IMG/VR virus record: IMGVR_UViG_3300030202_000575
Location: 1 to 27,900 of that record
Length of the DNA: 27,900 nt
DNA from: a virus
Taxonomy: Duplodnaviria; Caudoviricetes
Strand: one strand, 5' to 3'
Part shown: in pieces, positions 1 to 8,673 of the stretch
Layout: each line of letters opens with the position of its first letter
How positions within the stretch are numbered: position 1 is the stretch's first letter
Notes under the pieces: generated by a model
Told to the model about the DNA's origin: nothing
Database searches by the model: none
What the model saw: the letters and a program-made list of their open reading frames with translations, nothing else
Made by a program: the position numbers and the translations under genes

Positions 1-2
1 AC

Positions 3-485
3 TTGCCAATTGATGAGATTGTTGACCAAGGCATTTACTTGCATGACATTTTGGAAAACGGTTGTACTGACCGCACCAAGTCTCATTGTATCGATGCCAA
101 TTATTTTAAAGGTGGCAACCTAAAGTCATACTTTGAGAAGCACCGTAGACAACTTGTATTCAGCAACGATGAACTGATTCATGTTGGCAACGCTGATATC
201 AACGGGCATGACAACATCAAGCGTGTTTACCATGCTAGAGGCAAATCACCTACGCTTAACGCTTGTACGGGTGGCAATCGTGAACCTAAAGTTTACGTTG
301 AGCCTTACCAATGGCGTAAGCTTACACCGCTTGAGGCTGAACGCCTTCAAACAGTTCCCGAAGGATACACTGACCATGTATCGAATACCCAACGCTATAA
401 AATGCTTGGGAACGGTTTTACGGTCGATGTAATTGCTCACATCTTAAAGAGCATCAAACACAACAATAAGGAGTTATGTCTATGA
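3..485 (+). CDS. C5 cytosine DNA methyltransferase, C-terminal part (5' end lies upstream of the window)
   Basis: Ends in WRKLTPLEAERLQTVPEGYT...QRYKMLGNGFTVDVIAHIL, matching motifs IX and X of C5-MTases. The preceding segments KSHCIDANYFKG and KSPTLNACTGG resemble target-recognition units. The catalytic PC motif is not in the window. Confidence 0.88.
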   Translation: MPIDEIVDQGIYLHDILENGCTDRTKSHCIDANYFKGGNLKSYFEKHRRQLVFSNDELIHVGNADINGHDNIKRVYHARGKSPTLNACTGGNREPKVYVEPYQWRKLTPLEAERLQTVPEGYTDHVSNTQRYKMLGNGFTVDVIAHILKSIKHNNKELCL

Positions 486-715
486 ACAAAAAAGATATGC
501 TAATGAAAGCTTTCGGTGGACAGTTTGTCAGCGGAAGCTTTACCAAGGTTAACGGTTCTGTCCGTCACTTTCACGGTAGGCTCATTGAGGCTACTAGAGA
601 TAGTAAACACCTTGTAACCGTATGGGATGCTGACAAGCACCAATACCGTAGGTTCAACCTAAATGCGGGCGAACTTAGATTGCAAAAACATGATGTAGCA
701 TTGGAGTTAAAATAA
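482..715 (+). CDS. Small early protein, probable SH3/WYL-like beta-barrel (DUF2693-like)
   Basis: Pattern FTKVNGSVR...VTVWD...YRRF resembles phage DUF2693/WYL_2 proteins. AGGAG at 469-473 spaces better to ATG 482 than to ATG 476. Confidence 0.6.
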   Translation: MNKKDMLMKAFGGQFVSGSFTKVNGSVRHFHGRLIEATRDSKHLVTVWDADKHQYRRFNLNAGELRLQKHDVALELK

Positions 716-909
716 TGGATGATATGTTTAACTGTGGTATCTGTGCCAATGAACACCACCATGAAGAACTGTGTGGGTTTGATGGGTTCACAAAAGACGA
801 TATCCAACAATGCGGGGTTGCTCATTTACTTGAGCAATTCCCAAAAATTGTACAAGACTCATTAGTAGTCTGTAATCACTGTATCAATGAACATGGAGTA
901 AATACATGA
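715..909 (+). CDS. Small hypothetical protein with two CxxC pairs (possible Zn binding)
   Basis: CGIC and CNHC motifs. TAATG coupling with the upstream gene, GGAG upstream. Confidence 0.6.
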   Translation: MDDMFNCGICANEHHHEELCGFDGFTKDDIQQCGVAHLLEQFPKIVQDSLVVCNHCINEHGVNT

Positions 910-1142
910 ACAAGAAACCAAACCTAAGTCGCTATCAGTTTGCGGAGATTCCAAACAACCAAGAGGGTCGAGCATTCATAGGGCAACTAAAAGCTTACCT
1001 TAACAAAGACCGCTACCATGTGGTGGTCAAAGGTCAGCATATGAACGATGAAGCAAAAGCTAATTGGCGTAGATATAATTGGGGGCAACCTATCGCCCTC
1101 TCAACCCATCTTAGGGTCTACGTTAATGAGCGAACTGTTTAA
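906..1142 (+). CDS. Hypothetical early protein
   Basis: 78-aa ORF with ATGA overlap with the previous gene and GGAG Shine-Dalgarno upstream. No recognised motif. Confidence 0.65.
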   Translation: MNKKPNLSRYQFAEIPNNQEGRAFIGQLKAYLNKDRYHVVVKGQHMNDEAKANWRRYNWGQPIALSTHLRVYVNERTV

Positions 1143-1398
1143 CCCAAACATCCCTTGTTCCTTTTGTGGGGGCAAGGGTGTTGTACACAATCATCGTACC
1201 ATGTGGTGCTTTGAGTGTTATAAAACGAAGGAGATGAAATATGGCAAGGCCAAACAAAATCAAAGAGCCCACCATCACATACAATGTGAATCTACAGGTT
1301 CGCAACTACGACAAGCTAAAGGCAATGGCCTTCAAAAAAAGTGTAGATGCGAATCAACAGGTGGCTGTAGCAGATTTAATTCGTACAGCGGTGGATAA
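1126..1398 (+). CDS. Possible small Zn-ribbon protein (CSFC...CFEC); C-terminal half overlaps the next gene
   Basis: Internal ATG at 1126 of the 1048..1398 ORF gives MSELFNPNIPCSFCGGKGVVHNHRTMWCFECYK. The rest is the off-frame reading of the RHH gene. Confidence 0.4.
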   Translation: MSELFNPNIPCSFCGGKGVVHNHRTMWCFECYKTKEMKYGKAKQNQRAHHHIQCESTGSQLRQAKGNGLQKKCRCESTGGCSRFNSYSGG

Positions 1399-1420
1399 CT
1401 TTATTGAAGCCCACGCTTAA
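1241..1420 (+). CDS. Ribbon-helix-helix-like DNA-binding protein, 59 aa (not in the ORF track)
   Basis: Hand translation: MARPNKIKEPTITYNVNLQVRNYDKLKAMAFKKSVDANQQVAVADLIRTAVDNFIEAHA*. AAGGAG at 1228-1233. Alternating strand ITYNVNL, then a helix, then VADLIRTAVDNFI, typical of RHH helix B. Confidence 0.7.
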   Translation: MARPNKIKEPTITYNVNLQVRNYDKLKAMAFKKSVDANQQVAVADLIRTAVDNFIEAHA

Positions 1421-1617
1421 ATTTTGGATTCTTGGGAAGCTATTGCAGCTTTCCAGGAATTTATTTTTATTGCAATTAATACGTTAATGGATACTGTGGG
1501 TCGTTTAACTATAATTTTTGAAGGGGGTGGTTCTATTGAGTTTGGAGATAGCGAGAATAAAAGCATGGTCTGATGACCGTCCGTGCGATTCACCAACAAC
1601 ATAGAAAGGAAAAGACA

Positions 1618-1752
1618 ATGTATTTGAATTTATATTTTTTTTCGATTTATGTTGAATCATGGAAACGGTGGGTCGGTTTTGCGACTGATTCAGATGAACA
1701 TGAAAGATGGATAGACGTAGGTTATCTTAGAATATATCTAAAGGGTCGGTGA
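1618..1752 (+). CDS. 44-aa aromatic-rich hypothetical protein (not in the ORF track)
   Basis: Hand translation: MYLNLYFFSIYVESWKRWVGFATDSDEHERWIDVGYLRIYLKGR*. AAAGGA upstream. Fills the gap before the MarR gene. Confidence 0.55.
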   Translation: MYLNLYFFSIYVESWKRWVGFATDSDEHERWIDVGYLRIYLKGR

Positions 1753-1795
1753 GTTCCGCCACGACTTAAAATAAAAAGGAACAGAACGGGAGTAT

Positions 1796-2116
1796 ATGAA
1801 TGCTAAAGGATTGTTTAAAGCAATCGAAGAATTTAGAAAGCTTAACGGAGAGATGCAAGCACAATGTATGTCACTGTTCCTGCTTGTCGGTATGCACAAA
1901 GATTCAAGGGGAATCAGCATGACCGAATTGAAGAGTAAATTGGGGGTCGCACAAAGTTCTGTTAGTCGGAACGTCAGCATCCTCAGTAAAATAAAAATTG
2001 CAGACCAACCAGGATTTGGTTTGGTTGAAGCAATCGAAGACCCGATGGAACGTAGGCGTAAGTTAGTGCGTCTGACCAATAAAGGTAATCGGGTTTTTAA
2101 ATCACTAACAGAATGA
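1796..2116 (+). CDS. MarR-family winged-helix transcriptional regulator
   Basis: HTH ISMTELKSKLGVAQSSVSRNVSIL and wing GLVEAIEDPMERRRKLVRLTNKG. GGGAG SD. Confidence 0.88.
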   Translation: MNAKGLFKAIEEFRKLNGEMQAQCMSLFLLVGMHKDSRGISMTELKSKLGVAQSSVSRNVSILSKIKIADQPGFGLVEAIEDPMERRRKLVRLTNKGNRVFKSLTE

Positions 2117-2129
2117 TGAGGATAATACT

Positions 2130-3083
2130 ATGACACACAAAAAGTATGACCCAAGAACCATATCGGAACTGTACCACAAGGTAAGTGTAAAAGTGTGGAA
2201 CAAAAAAGATAAGGCACAGAAGTCGAGAGCCAAGTGGCTTGTAAATTTCTTTGGGTCGAACAAGTTAGTCAATGAGATTGATGACCTTGACATTGAGCGT
2301 TTAGAAGAAGCTTTGGATAAGCGTGAGTTGTCGGGCTCAACAATTAATCATTACTACAGTGCTTTGTCATCACTGATAAAGTACGCCAAGGCCAAGCCAA
2401 GCATATATGGGAAGGACTTTGAGCCTTTGCATTTTGATTGGCGAGAGAAGGGGTCGCATCGACTTAGGTTTATGCAACCCGAAGAGGAGCTGCGGTTGAT
2501 TGAGATTTTAAAAGCTAAAAAGATGGAAGAGTTTTTGAATCTTTATCTATTCCAAATTGATACAGGATTACGGTTATCCGAAACTATTGGTCACAATAGT
2601 AATGCACCTGCATCGTGTAAGAAACACGGCTTTCTAGTAGGTGATGTTGACCGCAGCGGAAACTTCATCAACTTGTATGACAGAAAGCACATGAACAACA
2701 ACGAGTATAGCATCATCCCTCTTATCCCACGGGCTAGAGAGATTGTGCTTGACCTTTGTGTTGGGAAGAAAGCTGATGAACCTGTATTTCCTAATAACTA
2801 TTGGGCAGTACAAAGAAATTGGCGGGAAGAAGTGCGAACTGCCTTCCAAGAAGAGGATGAGTCTTTTTGTATTCATATGTTGAGGCATACGACTGCATCA
2901 AGATTAGTACAGCGTGGGGTCGATATTTATGTGGTCAAAGAAATCATGGGGCACAAAGATATTAAGACAACAATGCAGTACGCTAAGTTAAATAACAAGA
3001 CGGTGATGGATGCCATGAAGGTGTTATCTCACAATCCTGGAACGGATGAGAGAAATCATTTTCCTGTATCCGTTGCGGTATAA
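2130..3083 (+). CDS. int: Tyrosine recombinase / phage integrase
   Basis: TGLRLSE (catalytic Arg), HMLRH (HxxR), MGHKDIKTTMQY (His and nucleophilic Tyr). Core-binding segment LSGSTINHYYSALSSL. Confidence 0.95.
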   Translation: MTHKKYDPRTISELYHKVSVKVWNKKDKAQKSRAKWLVNFFGSNKLVNEIDDLDIERLEEALDKRELSGSTINHYYSALSSLIKYAKAKPSIYGKDFEPLHFDWREKGSHRLRFMQPEEELRLIEILKAKKMEEFLNLYLFQIDTGLRLSETIGHNSNAPASCKKHGFLVGDVDRSGNFINLYDRKHMNNNEYSIIPLIPRAREIVLDLCVGKKADEPVFPNNYWAVQRNWREEVRTAFQEEDESFCIHMLRHTTASRLVQRGVDIYVVKEIMGHKDIKTTMQYAKLNNKTVMDAMKVLSHNPGTDERNHFPVSVAV

Positions 3084-3090
3084 ATAATGT

Positions 3091-3231
<141 letters not shown>

Positions 3232-3275
3232 CCACCAACGGATTAATTATTTTAATCCAGAATAGGAGAAAGCTA

Positions 3276-5738
3276 GTGGAATTACCTAACGAATTAGTAA
3301 AGCTAATCGAAATATCATCCAAGGATTTGGAGCGACAGACCGCCCTTGAACTTGAGATGAGGACTCTTGGAATTAATCGATTCAACAAGAGGGTACAAGA
3401 ACATAAAGAGCGGGGCGAAGAGTCGTTCTCTAATTATGGTAAAACTTTATTAGGGTCGAGCATTGACCCGATGGCAAAAGGCTTGATTGATTTTGTCAAT
3501 GAAGGCAACCGTACCAAGGGGGCAACCTCAATTGCCGTGAAGTTGCTTGAGCAGATACCGCCAGAGGTAGCCTGTTTGATTGCAGCCAAAACAATAATCA
3601 ACTCAATCACAATCAATAGACAGCTAACGTCTACTGCTATCACCATAGGTAAGAATGTAGAAACAGAAATGTGGCTACGTTTTTTTGAAGAGCAGAACCC
3701 AGAATTGTATGGGGTCGTGAAGCGTGACCTTGATAAGCGTAGCTTTGGTTATGGTTACAAGCGTAGGAAGATGAGAGAATCAGCGGTTAGAGATGGCGTT
3801 GAAGTACCTGCATGGACAAGAACAGAAAAGGTTCATGTTGGTTACAAGCTTATTGAACTGTTCATAGAACATACTGGCCTTGTCGAAATAGACAAGAAAG
3901 GTAACGGAGTCAAAAAGATTGTGTCTCTTGTTGCTACAGAAAAAACTATGGAATGGATTAAAGAACGAAACGGGTTTATGGAATTGCTTGCACCCGAATA
4001 CTTCCCGACTGTAGTTCGCCCAAAATCTTGGGAAGATAAAAAAGTTATCGGTGGTGGGTACTATTCTCGTCATGTCAAACCACTGCAACTGGTAAAATAC
4101 AGAGACAAGAAAAATCTACAAGCATTGGAGAAGCACTCCATGCCAGTGGTGATTGACGGGCTCAATGCAATGCAGTCAACACCTTACGTTATCAACCCAT
4201 TTATCTATGAGGTATTAAATTATGTTTGGGATAATAGCATCGATGTTGGCGGGCTACCAAAAGCCGAACTACTCCCACTACCGCAGAAACCGCATGACAT
4301 TGCGGAGAATGCGAAGGCTCGTAAAGCCTACCGTGCGGAAGCTGTTAAGGTGCATACGGAAAACGCTAGGATAAAATCAAAACGGTTGCACTTGAGCAAG
4401 GTACTTTGGATTGCAGGTAAGTTTAAAGATGAGCCAGAAATTTTTATGCCACACACCTTGGATTTTCGGGGTCGGGCATATCATGTTCCAAACTATCTCA
4501 ATGGTCAGTCAGTAGATTATGCAAAGGCATTGCTTTTGTTTGCTAAAGGCAAGCCGATTACTAAAGAAAACAACGGGGCATTTTGGTTAGGTGTTCAAGG
4601 TGCAAACCTGTATGGATATGACAAAGACAGTTATGATGTACGGGTCAAGTGGGTCAACGAAAGTTCTGATTCATTTATTGCAATAGCTGAAGACCCTTAC
4701 ACCCACCGTGAATGGGAACAGGCAGACAAGCCTTGGTCATTCTTGGCATGGTGTAAAGAGTGGGCAGAGTTTCAAAAGCAAGGCTATGGTTTTGTGTCTC
4801 GTTTTATCTGCTCAATGGATGGAAGCTGTAACGGCATCCAACATTACTCAGCAATCCAACGTGACCCTATTGCAGCTCAAGCTGTAAACCTTGTGCAAAC
4901 TGGTGACGTTCCTAATGATGTCTATCAGATTGTTGCTGACAATGTAACTGAAGCATTGACTAAGATGGACAACCCGCTTGCTATGCTTTGGATTAAGTAC
5001 GGAGTCAAACGGTCAACTTGTAAGCGGGCAATTATGACACTGCCATATGGGTCAACAAGATATAGTTGCTCCGACTTTGTGCTTGAGGATTTGACCAAGC
5101 GTGGTGACAAAGGTGATGTACACCCATTTGGTACACAAGAGTTTAAGGCGTGTACGTTTTTGTCGGGCATCATATGGGATTCTATTGGTGAGATAATTAA
5201 TAGTGCCCGTGTGTCGATGGACTTCTTGCAAAAGACCGCAAGAATTATGGCAAAAAATAATTTGCCGATACGTTGGGTATCGCCTTCTGGATTTCCTGTT
5301 GTGCAATCTTATCCCGAACTACGGTTGAAGAGGGTCGAGACTAAATTGTTTGGGGAAATTATAAGGCCAAGGATACATGAGGAAACAGAGAAGCTTGCGG
5401 TGTTGAAAGCAGGTAACTCACTGCCACCGAATGCAATCCATTCCCAGGATTCGGCTCACTTGTTTCTTACAACTGTTGATGCATTGGAAAAGGGTGTTCA
5501 ATCTTTTTGTAATGTACACGATAGTTACGGAACAGTGGCTGCGGACTGTGACCAACTTGCAGATAGCATACGCTCTACTTTTGTTGAGATGTATAAGGAC
5601 TACGATTTGTTGCAAAGTATCAAGCAATCTGTCGAGCCCGTGCTAGATGATAAGAGCAAGAAAAAGCTACCACCAGTGCCACCAAAAGGTGATTTGGATT
5701 TAGACTTGGTATTGAGCAGTGACTTTTTTTTCGCATAA
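3276..5738 (+). CDS. T7-like single-subunit DNA-directed RNA polymerase (gp1)
   Basis: DFRGRAY, motif A DGSCNGIQHY, motif B RSTCKRAIMTLPYG, motif C VHDSYGT, C-terminal DFFFA. GTG start with AGGAG SD. Confidence 0.98.
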   Translation: MELPNELVKLIEISSKDLERQTALELEMRTLGINRFNKRVQEHKERGEESFSNYGKTLLGSSIDPMAKGLIDFVNEGNRTKGATSIAVKLLEQIPPEVACLIAAKTIINSITINRQLTSTAITIGKNVETEMWLRFFEEQNPELYGVVKRDLDKRSFGYGYKRRKMRESAVRDGVEVPAWTRTEKVHVGYKLIELFIEHTGLVEIDKKGNGVKKIVSLVATEKTMEWIKERNGFMELLAPEYFPTVVRPKSWEDKKVIGGGYYSRHVKPLQLVKYRDKKNLQALEKHSMPVVIDGLNAMQSTPYVINPFIYEVLNYVWDNSIDVGGLPKAELLPLPQKPHDIAENAKARKAYRAEAVKVHTENARIKSKRLHLSKVLWIAGKFKDEPEIFMPHTLDFRGRAYHVPNYLNGQSVDYAKALLLFAKGKPITKENNGAFWLGVQGANLYGYDKDSYDVRVKWVNESSDSFIAIAEDPYTHREWEQADKPWSFLAWCKEWAEFQKQGYGFVSRFICSMDGSCNGIQHYSAIQRDPIAAQAVNLVQTGDVPNDVYQIVADNVTEALTKMDNPLAMLWIKYGVKRSTCKRAIMTLPYGSTRYSCSDFVLEDLTKRGDKGDVHPFGTQEFKACTFLSGIIWDSIGEIINSARVSMDFLQKTARIMAKNNLPIRWVSPSGFPVVQSYPELRLKRVETKLFGEIIRPRIHEETEKLAVLKAGNSLPPNAIHSQDSAHLFLTTVDALEKGVQSFCNVHDSYGTVAADCDQLADSIRSTFVEMYKDYDLLQSIKQSVEPVLDDKSKKKLPPVPPKGDLDLDLVLSSDFFFA

Positions 5739-5741
5739 CCA

Positions 5742-5755
5742 ATCCGCCAACGGAT
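5742..5755. promoter_or_regulatory. ATCC-N6-GGAT palindrome (ATCCGCCAACGGAT)
   Basis: 13/14 identical to the copy at 3230-3243. It directly abuts the candidate phage promoter. Confidence 0.6.
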
Positions 5756-5756
5756 A

Positions 5757-5775
5757 CAATACCTTCCCTATTAGA
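5757..5775 (+). promoter_or_regulatory. Candidate phage-RNAP promoter for the replication module
   Basis: CAATACCTTCCCTATTAGA, 14/19 identical to 14620-14638. Intergenic, at the start of a module, and T7/SP6-like in ending with an AT-rich stretch followed by purines. Confidence 0.5.
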
Positions 5776-5828
5776 CTGAAGGGTAAAGTTTATCCAAGGT
5801 TAATTATCAATCAATAAGGAGACTAAAC

Positions 5829-6413
5829 ATGGCAATGTCAAATGCATTTACGACAGCGAAAGGGGTGGCCGCTTTTCCATACTTGTCCACGCCAGACACT
5901 AAGTTCAATGAGGAAGGTGAATACAAGGTGAATCTCATTCTTACTAAAGAAGATGCTCAACCTGTTATCGAACAAATTGATTCTATCTATGACGAGAATG
6001 TCAAAGAGCAGAAGAAGAAGCTAGGTAACAAACCTTGTAAGGAAGCTAACCGCCCATACAGTGACGAACTTGACCAAGAGGGTAATCCCACTGGTAAGGT
6101 TGTTATTAAATTCAAATCAAAAGCTGCATACAAACCTGCAATCTTTGATGCGAAGGGCACACCAATGCTAGAGCATAATATTTATGCAGGGTCTGAAATT
6201 AAAGTGAACGGTGCTATTGCTCCGTACTATACATCAATGGTTGGAGCGGGCGTTAGTCTTAGACTAAGGGCTGTTCAAGTCATTCAATATGTAGAAGGTA
6301 CAAGTGGTGCAGGTCGCTTTGGTTTCGATGAGGAAGTAGGATACGTTCAAGAAAAAGAGGAAACCAACGATGCACCAGTATCAGAGGATTCAAAGAGCGA
6401 ATCGGACTTCTAA
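5829..6413 (+). CDS. ssDNA-binding protein (T7 gp2.5-like)
   Basis: FPYLSTPDTKF...GEYKVNL, GVSLRLRAVQVI and an acidic tail ending in Phe (SESDF). Confidence 0.92.
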   Translation: MAMSNAFTTAKGVAAFPYLSTPDTKFNEEGEYKVNLILTKEDAQPVIEQIDSIYDENVKEQKKKLGNKPCKEANRPYSDELDQEGNPTGKVVIKFKSKAAYKPAIFDAKGTPMLEHNIYAGSEIKVNGAIAPYYTSMVGAGVSLRLRAVQVIQYVEGTSGAGRFGFDEEVGYVQEKEETNDAPVSEDSKSESDF

Positions 6414-6783
6414 GTATCGGTCTGGTCTAGAAGAGGCCGTTGCAAATCAACTTAATTCATTATCTATCCCCTTTGAATATGAAAAGTTGGTTCTCAATTA
6501 TGTCCGTCCAGAGAAAGAACATAGATACACTCCCGACTTTGTTCTTAACAATGGAATCATAATTGAATGCAAGGGTCAGCTACTAACATCAGACCGTCAG
6601 AAGATGATACTCGTAAAGAAGCATCATCCAGATAGGGATATTCGTTTTGTTTTCAGCAATAGCAAATCCAGGATTAGCAAAAAGTCTAAGACTACTTATG
6701 CTATGTGGTGTGAACGAAACGGATTCCCTTTCGCTGACAAGTTTATTCCAACGGAGTGGCTCTATGAGAAACCAGTTGCATAA
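6370..6783 (+). CDS. Endonuclease I / Holliday junction resolvase (T7 gp3-like)
   Basis: YRSGLE, YTPDF, IIIECKG, DIRFVFSNSKSRISKKSKTTYAMWC. Confidence 0.95.
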   Translation: MHQYQRIQRANRTSKYRSGLEEAVANQLNSLSIPFEYEKLVLNYVRPEKEHRYTPDFVLNNGIIIECKGQLLTSDRQKMILVKKHHPDRDIRFVFSNSKSRISKKSKTTYAMWCERNGFPFADKFIPTEWLYEKPVA

Positions 6784-6833
6784 ACAGTCAAAAAATTTTA
6801 CAACAACAATGTACTACAGTTGTGTGTCGTACA

Positions 6834-6875
6834 GCCCTAGGTCTTTTTGGTTTTCCAAATTGCCTAGGGTTTTTT
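6834..6875 (+). terminator. Stem-loop with T-run (intrinsic terminator or RNase III-type site)
   Basis: GCCCTAGG (6834-6841) / CCTAGGGT (6863-6870) enclosing TTTGG-TTTT-CCAAA, followed by TTTTT. Confidence 0.6.
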
Positions 6876-6890
6876 ATTTAGGAGACAAAG

Positions 6891-8465
6891 ATGGAAAGTG
6901 AATTTATCCATCACGCTCCATGTGATTCATGCGGAAGTAAAGATAACGTAGCCGTCTATTCGGACGGGCATAGTTACTGCTTTGGTTGTGGCAAACACAC
7001 ATCAATTCATATAGGAGAACAGATGGAAACGGACAGTGTTCCCAGTGAACTAATCACTGGCGAAGTAACAGGCTTAGACAAGAGAAGGCTAAGTCAGTTG
7101 ACCACTAAGAAGTTTAATTATCGGGTCGGCAAGTACAATGGTAAACCTGTACAGATTGCCAATTACCATGACAAACAAGGTAATATAAAAGCACAGAAGT
7201 TGCGTTACCCAGATAAGACTTTTCAATGGTTAGGTTCAGCTAAAGATACTGAACTATTTGGACAGAACCTTTTTGGTACTGGCAAGAACGTAACGATTTG
7301 CGAAGGCGAAGTTGATGCCATGAGCATGAGCCAATGTCTTGGTAACAAGTGGCCTGTCGTTTCAATCAAGTCTGGTAGCAAAGGTGCAAAGCGTGACATC
7401 CAAGCTAACATGGAATGGCTAGATAAATTTGAAACCATTACGTTTTGCTTTGACCAAGACGTTCACGGGCGTGAAGCTGCGGATGAATGTGCAAAACTAT
7501 TTGCCCCACAAAAGGCAAAGATAATGGTGTTCGATTTAAAAGATGCCAATGAGATGCTAGTCGAAGGCAAGAGCGAAGAACTTGTCAAAGCATTTTGGAA
7601 TGCGAAACCGTACACACCAGATGGTATTGTGTCGGGTGCAGATATCTATGACATCGTTCATAAGATTGATGACACAAAGTCAGTGCCCTATCCTTTTCAA
7701 TCTTTGAATCAGCGTACTCGTGGAATGCGTAAGTCAGAACTCGTAACGGTTACCGCAGGTAGTGGTATCGGTAAGAGTTTGTTTGCAAGACAGATAGCAC
7801 ACCACCTGTTGAAACAAGGTGAGACAGTTGGCTATGTAGCATTGGAAGAATCAATGCAAAGAACTGCCTTAGGAATTATGGGTATCGAAATGCAAAAGCC
7901 ATTGCACCTGTCAAGAGAAGGTGTGACGGATGAAGACTTCAGAAAAACTTTCGATGCGACTGTCGGTAACGGCAGGTTCTTTTTGTACAATCACTTTGGT
8001 TCATCGATGGCTGACAATTTGTTATCCAAGATTCGATACCTTGCCAAAGGATGTGAATGTGGTTGGATATTCTTAGACCACTTATCAATCATTGTAAGTT
8101 CTATTGCCGATGGTGATGAGCGTAGATTGATTGACAATACAATGACTGCCTTACGTTGTCTTACTGAAGAGACAGGCGTAGGCATGATGCTTGTGTCTCA
8201 CTTGCGTAGACCAAGCGGTGACGAAGGATTTGAAGCAGGTAAGATGACAAGCTTAAATTCTTTACGGGGTTCACACGCCATTGCCCAACTGTCCGATATG
8301 GTTTTAGGACTAGAACGAAATCAGCAAGACAGTGAGAACCAACATGAGACTACTGTTAGAGTCCTCAAGAATAGACATAGTGGTGATTGTGGTGAAGCAG
8401 GTACGCTATCCTATTCAACAGACAAAGGTATTCTAATGGAGTCTACATATGCCAAAGAGTTTTGA
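6891..8465 (+). CDS. Primase/helicase (T7 gp4-like)
   Basis: Zn finger CDSC...CFGC, TOPRIM ICEGEVDAMS and FDQD, Walker A AGSGIGKS, IFLDHL, LRGSHAIAQLSD, VLKNR. Confidence 0.97.
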   Translation: MESEFIHHAPCDSCGSKDNVAVYSDGHSYCFGCGKHTSIHIGEQMETDSVPSELITGEVTGLDKRRLSQLTTKKFNYRVGKYNGKPVQIANYHDKQGNIKAQKLRYPDKTFQWLGSAKDTELFGQNLFGTGKNVTICEGEVDAMSMSQCLGNKWPVVSIKSGSKGAKRDIQANMEWLDKFETITFCFDQDVHGREAADECAKLFAPQKAKIMVFDLKDANEMLVEGKSEELVKAFWNAKPYTPDGIVSGADIYDIVHKIDDTKSVPYPFQSLNQRTRGMRKSELVTVTAGSGIGKSLFARQIAHHLLKQGETVGYVALEESMQRTALGIMGIEMQKPLHLSREGVTDEDFRKTFDATVGNGRFFLYNHFGSSMADNLLSKIRYLAKGCECGWIFLDHLSIIVSSIADGDERRLIDNTMTALRCLTEETGVGMMLVSHLRRPSGDEGFEAGKMTSLNSLRGSHAIAQLSDMVLGLERNQQDSENQHETTVRVLKNRHSGDCGEAGTLSYSTDKGILMESTYAKEF

Positions 8466-8658
8466 TGAGAAGGGTCTAGAATGGACGAAGGTTATCATGG
8501 ATGCGTTGGCAGAAGTAATGCAAAATCCAGGATTGCACGTTGAAATAGAGGTAGCAACATTACCAACATACCTAATGATTGATTCAGCGTTAGGAGTTTT
8601 AGAAGAGGAGAATCAAGCAGCGGAGCGGATATCGGTAAGACTCTGCACTTTACATTAA
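8449..8658 (+). CDS. Hypothetical protein
   Basis: 69-aa ORF with GGAG upstream that fills the gap between the helicase and the polymerase. Confidence 0.6.
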   Translation: MPKSFDEKGLEWTKVIMDALAEVMQNPGLHVEIEVATLPTYLMIDSALGVLEEENQAAERISVRLCTLH

Positions 8659-8673
8659 CAATAGGAGAAACAA

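Noticed and set aside
1048-1125. Track start at 1048 for the 116-aa ORF
   Set aside because: Lies inside the 906-1142 gene. ATG 1126 near that gene's end is more plausible.
1738-2079. 113-aa minus-strand ORF
   Set aside because: Antisense shadow of the MarR gene, with no motif.
6647-6901. 84-aa ORF as a gp3.5 replacement
   Set aside because: Over half overlaps the endonuclease gene, it runs through a terminator-like hairpin, and it has no amidase motifs.
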